From positions 2,973 through 66,972 of the forward strand of contig JAGQWJ010000003.1 of the NCBI GenBank assembly GCA_020437395.1: a stretch of 64,000 bases of DNA, given 5' to 3'. Below the pieces are notes generated by a model. That model saw only the letters and a list, made by a program, of their open reading frames with translations, ran no database searches and was not told the origin of the DNA. Below, in pieces: positions 58,038 through 64,000 of the stretch. The DNA comes from Ignavibacteriota bacterium. Its GTDB lineage: Bacteria > Bacteroidota > Ignavibacteria > Kapaibacteriales > UBA2268. A program made the translations under genes and the position numbers. The stretch's first letter is position 1, and each line of letters opens with the position of its first letter.

Positions 58038-59120
58038 TTACCCTCTTTTCCCTTTTAGAGAGAATACATAAGCAAGTACTTGGGCTACGGCTTTGTATAG
58101 GTTTTCTGGGACTTCCATATCTACTTCTACATTGAAAAATAGTGTTCTTGCTAGTGGTGGGTCTTCTATTATCTCTACTCCGTTCTCCCTTGCTACTTCT
58201 CTTATTCTTGCTGCTAGGAAGTCCGCTCCTTTTGCAATTACTCGAGGAGCACCCATTTTCTTGTTGTCGTATTTGAGTGCAACCGCAAAGTGAGTTGGAT
58301 TTGTTACAACTACATCTGCTTCGGCAACATTCTGAACCATCATCTTTCTAAATCTAGACCTAATTAATCCCTTCAGTTTACCTTTAATATGAGGGTCACC
58401 CTCAGTCTGCTTAGTCTCGTCTTTTACTTCCTGTTTTGTCATCTTCATATCTTCCTTATGCTTCCATTTTTGGAAAATCAAATCGCTGACAGCAATTATA
58501 ATATAGACTAAACCAACCGCAAGAACAATTTTAAAACTTAACTCACCCATCATTTCGATAAGGGCTGTATAATTCTGCAAAGGTATTGTAACTATTGACT
58601 CTAAATCATTATAGATAATCCAAATAATAACAGATCCCAATAATAGAACTTTTGCAATACTTTTTAGAAGTTCGAAAAATGATTGAGAGCTAAAGAATAT
58701 TCTTTTCAAGCCAGAACCAATTTTGAATATTTTTTTATAGGTTTCAGGGTCAGTCCATTTTTTTGTGGCAACAGTAAGACCAACTTGGCTAATTTCTGCA
58801 GCAAGTATCAGAAAAGTGAATAGTAGCAAAAGCGGGAGAATCAAAGCTGCAATAAATGCAATTAAATCAGGATACATTTTTAGAATATTTGATTCGGATA
58901 AATTAATGCTCCAAGCGTTTCTAAATGAATAGTCGAAGAATCTTATTAGATTAGAATAGATGTTAGCACCAAAAACGAACAGTGACATACCGCCAATCAG
59001 TAACATTACTGAAGTGGTAATATCAGTACTCTTTGAAACTTGACCTTTTTCTTTTGCTTCTCTAAGCCGCTTGGGGGTCGCGGCTTCGGTTTTTTCTTGT
59101 CCTTCCTTATTCTCAGCCAT
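58038..59120 (-). CDS. flhB: Flagellar export apparatus protein FlhB
   Basis: MAENKEGQEKTEAATPKRLREAKEKGQV N-terminus, 4 TM helices and the NPTH autocleavage motif (VVTNPTHFAVAL). Confidence 0.9.
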   Translation of the reverse strand: MAENKEGQEKTEAATPKRLREAKEKGQVSKSTDITTSVMLLIGGMSLFVFGANIYSNLIRFFDYSFRNAWSINLSESNILKMYPDLIAFIAALILPLLLLFTFLILAAEISQVGLTVATKKWTDPETYKKIFKIGSGLKRIFFSSQSFFELLKSIAKVLLLGSVIIWIIYNDLESIVTIPLQNYTALIEMMGELSFKIVLAVGLVYIIIAVSDLIFQKWKHKEDMKMTKQEVKDETKQTEGDPHIKGKLKGLIRSRFRKMMVQNVAEADVVVTNPTHFAVALKYDNKKMGAPRVIAKGADFLAARIREVARENGVEIIEDPPLARTLFFNVEVDMEVPENLYKAVAQVLAYVFSLKGKRG

Positions 59121-59920
59121 TACGGTACCCTCATTGGATTAAGAGAAATAAGAGCATCGAGAAAGTCTCCTTGAACTACTGACAGTGCATTTTTACTAAT
59201 AAGAACAAATGCAGGCAACGAGACTGTAAGCATTATTAAACCCACCATAACTTTCATCTGAAAACTAAGAACAAAGACGTTTGTTTGTGGGGCAACCCTC
59301 GCTAATAGTGCTAGGCCTAGATTAGTAAGAAACAAAGCAATCAATAAGGGTGAAGCCAATTTTACAGCTAAAATAAAGATTGAGATTGCTGTAGTCCCCA
59401 ATAAATCGAAGGTAGTTTGGGTGAAGACCATAGAATCTAAAGGCAATACTTTAAAACTGTAATAAATACCTTCAATTAAAAAATGATGACCGTTCATTAT
59501 CAGAAACAACATAAGAATAATTAGCTCATTGAACTCACCAACTAAAGTTGGTGTTGATGCTTCTCTATCAAACAGAGCACCCGTTTGATAGCCCATCTCC
59601 ATATCGACTAATCCTCCAGCAAATCTTGCTGCTACAAACGGTATATTCGCTACAAATCCGAGTAATGCTCCGACCATAAACTCTTTGATCACAATCATTA
59701 CTAAATTGAAAACGTTTAGTGCAATTTCGGGTTGTTCTTGCCAGAAAGCCGAAGTTATTATTACTGATAAAAGAAGAATAAGGAAAATCTTCATCTGTGG
59801 AACAATAGATGAATTCTTGAAGAAAGGTCCTGTTGCAAAAAGTCCACTTACTCGGACAAGAATTAACAATCCTATTACAAACTTACCTTCTAAGTAAAAA
59901 AGTGTTAATGAATCTAGCAT
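59120..59920 (-). CDS. fliR: Flagellar export apparatus protein FliR
   Basis: 266-aa polytopic membrane protein located between fliQ and flhB. Its stop overlaps the flhB start. Confidence 0.8.
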   Translation of the reverse strand: MLDSLTLFYLEGKFVIGLLILVRVSGLFATGPFFKNSSIVPQMKIFLILLLSVIITSAFWQEQPEIALNVFNLVMIVIKEFMVGALLGFVANIPFVAARFAGGLVDMEMGYQTGALFDREASTPTLVGEFNELIILMLFLIMNGHHFLIEGIYYSFKVLPLDSMVFTQTTFDLLGTTAISIFILAVKLASPLLIALFLTNLGLALLARVAPQTNVFVLSFQMKVMVGLIMLTVSLPAFVLISKNALSVVQGDFLDALISLNPMRVP

Positions 59921-59932
59921 TTAACACTCCAC

Positions 59933-60202
59933 TTAGGGGCCCATTTTTTCTATCATCGAAAACATTTCTATTGTGAATGTTTTCATACTAGATATCATAA
60001 ACGGAAATATAAGAATTGTGACAAGAAAGACTGCAATAACTTTTGGAACAAATGTTAAAGTTTGTTCTGAAATTGAAGTGGCGGCTTGGAAAATTGAGAT
60101 AACAAGACCCACAATAAGCGACACAAGTAAAATAGGGCCGCAGACTATCATAATATAATAAAATGCCTTACCTGCTATTTCTGTTACCATTTGGTCAGTC
60201 AT
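59933..60202 (-). CDS. fliQ: Flagellar export apparatus protein FliQ
   Basis: 89 aa with two TM helices. The block GPILLVSLIVGLVISIFQAATSISEQTLTFVPK is typical of FliQ. Confidence 0.85.
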   Translation of the reverse strand: MTDQMVTEIAGKAFYYIMIVCGPILLVSLIVGLVISIFQAATSISEQTLTFVPKVIAVFLVTILIFPFMISSMKTFTIEMFSMIEKMGP

Positions 60203-60210
60203 TTAATCAC

Positions 60211-60996
60211 CTATTGTTGTATAATACTTTTCATTAGTGAATCAATCACCAAATACCACCCATCTACTAATATAAATAACAGTATTTTAATCGGTAGCGA
60301 AATTAATTGTGGTGGCAACAAGAACATACCGAGTGACATTAGAATACTTGCAATAATCATATCGAGGACAAGAAATGGGATAAAGAGTAAAAATCCGATT
60401 TGAAAAGCTGTTTTTAGCTCACTAATCGCAAATGCAGGGATAACGCTCCAAGTGGAGACTTCTGAAATATCATTTGGTTTATCTGCACCACTTAACTTGA
60501 TAAATAGTCCTAAGTCCTCTTCACGAGTGTGTTTCAGCATAAAAGTTCTAAATGGCAAAATCACTGCATCCAAAGCTTCATCTTGTGTTATTTGGTCACT
60601 CATATATGGCTGAATTCCTTTTTCGTTTGCCTCGTCTAAAACTGGTTGCATAACGAAAAAAGTGAGAAACAGAGCTAAACCTGTAAGTAGTTGATTCGGG
60701 GGTTGCGAGTGAGTTCCGAGTGCTTGTTTGAGAAAACTGAAAACTACTATTATCCTAGTAAAACAAGTCATCATTATAAGTATAGAAGGCGCAAGTGCCA
60801 ATACTGTAATAACACCGAGTATCTGTAAGGTAAGTACTAAATCATCCTTATCATTAGAACCATCTACGCTAACTGATAGTTTTGGTAGTGAAATGCCTTG
60901 TGGCTGATTTTGTAGTGCAGTCGCTTCCTTTACCATCGTTGCCGAAAGTAATAAAAAAACCGTAATGGCAATTATGTATCGAAAAAAATAGTTCAT
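60211..60996 (-). CDS. fliP: Flagellar export apparatus protein FliP
   Basis: Signal-like N-terminus. FliP blocks TRIIVVFSFLKQALG, PPNQLLTGLALFLTFFVMQPV and PFLVLDMIIASILMSLGM. Confidence 0.9.
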   Translation of the reverse strand: MNYFFRYIIAITVFLLLSATMVKEATALQNQPQGISLPKLSVSVDGSNDKDDLVLTLQILGVITVLALAPSILIMMTCFTRIIVVFSFLKQALGTHSQPPNQLLTGLALFLTFFVMQPVLDEANEKGIQPYMSDQITQDEALDAVILPFRTFMLKHTREEDLGLFIKLSGADKPNDISEVSTWSVIPAFAISELKTAFQIGFLLFIPFLVLDMIIASILMSLGMFLLPPQLISLPIKILLFILVDGWYLVIDSLMKSIIQQ

Positions 60997-61028
60997 CCTG
61001 AATATTAGCTTCCTTTAAGCTATTGTTT

Positions 61029-61043
61029 ACAATTGATGTGCCA
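61029..61043 (-). promoter_or_regulatory. Sigma-54-type (-24/-12) promoter candidate upstream of fliP
   Basis: Minus strand TGGCACATCAATTGT, compared with the consensus TGGCAC-N5-TTGC. It lies 33 nt upstream of the fliP ATG, with AAAGGAAG between them. Confidence 0.4.
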
Positions 61044-61046
61044 AAT

Positions 61047-61073
61047 AAAAAAAGCCCCGATAAACAGGGCTTT
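61047..61073 (-). terminator. Intrinsic terminator after the cohesin/dockerin-like gene
   Basis: Minus strand AAAGCCC-tgtttatcg-GGGCTTT followed by a T-run. Confidence 0.7.
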
Positions 61074-61130
61074 TCACGGTATTCTTCCTTTTTACGCTGA
61101 GCTAACAAATAGCTTATTGTTCAATATTAA

Positions 61131-62549
61131 TCATTTTAAGATTTGTATTGTCTTTATAGATACTTTATCATTTTCAATTAATAATAAGTAGGTACCAGAT
61201 TCCAAATCATTTTGAAAAGTAAAATTATTCGATTTTATAGATGATTGTTTAATTAATCGTCCATTGATATTATATAGCTTAACTACTTCCGTCATATCAG
61301 AAGTTGTGATTCGTATATCATTTGCATCAATTGAAATTGCTATATCATCTTTATCAGTTGCATCTATACCCGTAATTATACTAACAGGCAATAATCTATT
61401 CTCATTATTCAGTATTGTAGCTTCTTCTACTATTATAGGGTCAATCAGATCAACGTCTTCTTCTACTAATAGATAAGCAATAATTCCAGATTGATTTATC
61501 TCAAAATCACTTTCAAAACTACCAATAGTAAACTCTAAAATATTGTCATTAACTGTTTTGATAATATGAGCTTCTGTGCCTTCGAAAAGATCACCAGCGA
61601 TAACTGCTTTGACAGAAATACCTTCCGGTAATTTCGCATTTGCTGTCATAGCTCTATAATTATTAGTTACTGAGCTGAAAACAGGTATTTTTCTATATTT
61701 TGATTCATCTATAGGTTCTACTAGACCACCTCCAGTGTTTTCACCTATTAGTCCAGTACCTTCAGTGTGAGTTTTAGCATCATTGTGGAATACAACCATA
61801 CCGTCAGCAACAGTGATTACACCATCTCCATCGCAATCTGCAAATGTTGCATCGGCATTGTCCCAAACTAATACTTTCTGACCAGTCCACATTATTGAAG
61901 AGTTTTTACGTTTGAAAGTACGACCATTATTCTGAATTGTGTTACCTTCAAAGTAAAGACCAATTTGATTGTAGTCTCTAGTATCAACAAGACCATCATT
62001 ATTACTATCACCTGGCCATACATTGATAAAGCTATGAATGTTCAAGGTTAAAGGTTCTGTAGAGATTTCAACGTTCGTTTGGCTACTATCAATAAATGCA
62101 GTTGCAAAGAAATTTACGAATGTGAAATTAAGCGATTCTCTATTTGGGATGTCATTAGAAACTGCAAATTCGAGATGAAGTAGTTTGGGTGAATCAAAAT
62201 CATTTTCACCAATCGTAGTACCCGAAAATATACCAACATTCATAAACTTATCGCTAGTTCCTGCAATTATTTTTGGAGGAGTTATATAAACTGTACCATT
62301 ATCGCCAAAATCACCGATTTTATATCCAGAAAAATGAACATAATCGCCGAAATTCCATTGCAGTTGGAAAGAGGAACTATTTACATTTTCTAAATCATCA
62401 ATATAAATATCAATCCCAAATTTGAAATTTGCAGTCACATGTCCGTATCTAGCGGAGTCCACGTCAGTTCTCTCTATCCTTAGAGTCTGTGAATTGGCAG
62501 ATAGAACAAAAGTTGCCAAAGCAGCTATATAAAGTATAATATTTTTCAT
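61131..62549 (-). CDS. Secreted protein with dockerin-like Ca-binding repeats and T9SS C-terminal domain
   Basis: Signal peptide. GDSNNDGLVDTRDYN and DCDGDGVITVADG repeats. C-terminal VKLYNINGRLI...GTYLLLIENDKVSIKTIQILK. Confidence 0.65.
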   Translation of the reverse strand: MKNIILYIAALATFVLSANSQTLRIERTDVDSARYGHVTANFKFGIDIYIDDLENVNSSSFQLQWNFGDYVHFSGYKIGDFGDNGTVYITPPKIIAGTSDKFMNVGIFSGTTIGENDFDSPKLLHLEFAVSNDIPNRESLNFTFVNFFATAFIDSSQTNVEISTEPLTLNIHSFINVWPGDSNNDGLVDTRDYNQIGLYFEGNTIQNNGRTFKRKNSSIMWTGQKVLVWDNADATFADCDGDGVITVADGMVVFHNDAKTHTEGTGLIGENTGGGLVEPIDESKYRKIPVFSSVTNNYRAMTANAKLPEGISVKAVIAGDLFEGTEAHIIKTVNDNILEFTIGSFESDFEINQSGIIAYLLVEEDVDLIDPIIVEEATILNNENRLLPVSIITGIDATDKDDIAISIDANDIRITTSDMTEVVKLYNINGRLIKQSSIKSNNFTFQNDLESGTYLLLIENDKVSIKTIQILK

Positions 62550-62713
62550 ATCTAATTTACTATCAAGTCTTGTGCCAAATGGATTCCAATTTATTCTTAT
62601 GTTTTTTTACTATATACATTAGAATTATTAATAAATAAATTTAGTTGTTTGTTAAACCAAAATTACGACCACAGCGTCTCAGGACAGAAATTATTTAACT
62701 AAAAATGAGATAA

Positions 62714-64000
62714 ATGAATCGATTAATACTTTTATCTTTTTTCATAGCAACTTTAACTTTATTTTCTCAAGAAGAATACACTTTGAGTGGCTATATCAAA
62801 GATAAATCATCAGGAGAGAGCTTGATAGGTGCAACTATCAGCATCAAAGATACAAAATTAGGAGCAGTAACAAATGCTTATGGCTTCTACTCCCTCACCC
62901 TACCAAAAGGTAAATACACTTCTGTAGCTTCGTACATTGGATTTGAAAAATCTGAGAAGACCTTTGAACTTAATAATGATATGAAGCTATATATAGAGTT
63001 AAGTACTTTGGACATACTTTCGGATGAAGTATTAGTGACTGCACAGAAAGCAAATAATAATGTAGTTTCTATTGAGATGAGTACGCTAGAGTTAAGTGCA
63101 CAAACACTAACTAGAATGCCTGCCCTATTAGGTGAGACCGATGTAGTTAAATCCATTCAGTTATTACCAGGCATAGCTTCTGTAGGAGAAGGTTCAACAG
63201 GATTCAACGTACGAGGAGGTGGAATAGATCAGAACTTAGTGTTATTGGACGAGGCACCAGTTTACAATTCATCGCATTTATTTGGCTTCTTTTCTGTATT
63301 CAATCCAGATGCTGTAAAAGATGTAAAGTTAGTTAAAGGCGGTATTCCAGCAGAGTATGGCGGTCGATTATCATCTATACTTGATGTAAGGTTAAAAGAA
63401 GGAAATAGCAAGAAATTCAATATTGACGGTGGCGTTGGTGCTATATTTAGTAGGTTGGCCATAGAAGGACCAATCATAGAAGATAAGCTTTCTTTCCTTG
63501 TTGCTGCACGAAGATCATACATTGATGTGTTAGCAAAACCGTTTTTAGATGATGACTTAAGTGGTAGCCAGTTCTATTTCTATGATTTGACAGCAAAAAC
63601 AAACTGGAAGGTTGATGAAAACAATACAGTTTTTGCCTCTGGTTACTTCGGTAGAGATGTGTTTGGAGCGGGTTTCGGATTTGACTGGGGTAGCCAAACA
63701 TTTACTACTAGGTGGAATCACTTATTTAGTGATAAACTATTTTCAAACCTAACTTATTACTATAGTAACTATGACTATAAATTACAGTTTGGAGATGATG
63801 ACCAAGATGTATTCAAATGGCAGGCGAATATTGTTACTCAATCATTGAAGTATGATTTAGAATATTTCTTTAGTCCTAACAATAACATAGACTTTGGTTT
63901 AGAAGCCATATATTATGACTTTGTACCAGGTAATGCAGAAGGAATAAGTGATGGTATATCAGTACCGATTAGTTTAGATGAACAATTCGCAGGTCAATTA
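62714..64000 (+). CDS. TonB-dependent outer-membrane receptor (3' end outside window; not in the ORF track)
   Basis: The ATG at 62714 opens a frame that runs to the window end. It encodes a signal peptide, a CarboxypepD_reg-like region (YTLSGYIKDKSSGESLIGATISIKDTKLGAVTNAYGFYSL) and a plug (GFNVRGGGIDQNLVLLDEAPVYN). Confidence 0.85.
   Translation, partial: MNRLILLSFFIATLTLFSQEEYTLSGYIKDKSSGESLIGATISIKDTKLGAVTNAYGFYSLTLPKGKYTSVASYIGFEKSEKTFELNNDMKLYIELSTLDILSDEVLVTAQKANNNVVSIEMSTLELSAQTLTRMPALLGETDVVKSIQLLPGIASVGEGSTGFNVRGGGIDQNLVLLDEAPVYNSSHLFGFFSVFNPDAVKDVKLVKGGIPAEYGGRLSSILDVRLKEGNSKKFNIDGGVGAIFSRLAIEGPIIEDKLSFLVAARRSYIDVLAKPFLDDDLSGSQFYFYDLTAKTNWKVDENNTVFASGYFGRDVFGAGFGFDWGSQTFTTRWNHLFSDKLFSNLTYYYSNYDYKLQFGDDDQDVFKWQANIVTQSLKYDLEYFFSPNNNIDFGLEAIYYDFVPGNAEGISDGISVPISLDEQFAGQL

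Noticed and set aside
60869-61108. 79-aa minus-strand ORF overlapping the fliP start and upstream spacer
   Set aside because: It spans the terminator hairpin and the putative promoter, overlaps fliP out of frame and has no recognisable features.
62887-63701. Three minus-strand ORFs (62887-63156, 63262-63522, 63474-63701) listed in the ORF track
   Set aside because: They are shadows of an unlisted plus-strand TonB-dependent receptor gene. That gene starts at 62714, runs off the window end and carries clear CarboxypepD_reg and plug motifs.
1-64000. tRNA, rRNA, tmRNA or RNase P genes
   Set aside because: I scanned the intergenic regions by eye for T-loop-like GGTTCGAATCC patterns and long GC-rich structured segments. 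I found none apart from the palindromic repeats reported above. A proper tRNAscan/Infernal run is still needed.

Overview
Low-GC (about 35% by eye) bacterial chromosomal segment. Many T9SS C-terminal sorting domains and TonB-dependent receptors, together with a fliPQR-flhB flagellar export operon, suggest an Ignavibacteria-like FCB-group organism (inference only). Housekeeping genes recognised: class II ribonucleotide reductase nrdJ, hutU, folP, pgi, rho, ftsL-ftsI, an NfeD-stomatin pair, an ECF sigma/anti-sigma pair, a fatty-acid desaturase and an S9 peptidase. Between them lie several accessory or degraded patches. (1) A very AT-rich four-gene operon at 15753-18342 encodes two different PD-(D/E)xK nuclease-like proteins, an unrecognisable protein and a 4-TM protein; this is my best candidate for an undescribed defence-type system. 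(2) An orphan Rhs toxin/immunity array at 8449-12171 is interrupted by a DUF559 gene embedded in GC-rich hairpins. (3) A 2.5-kb island at 35383-37833, flanked by 69-bp direct repeats of a gene 3' end, carries an Lgt-like paralog and two lipoprotein genes broken only by in-frame stops, behind an (ATAAG)8 repeat. (4) A secreted Cys-rich/thioredoxin-like gene set at 54766-57536 sits behind a (GT)9 tract in a putative promoter spacer and is followed by butt-joined gene remnants. I recognised no rRNA, tRNA, CRISPR array, integrase or transposase. All homology calls rest on motif recognition by eye, not on database searches.
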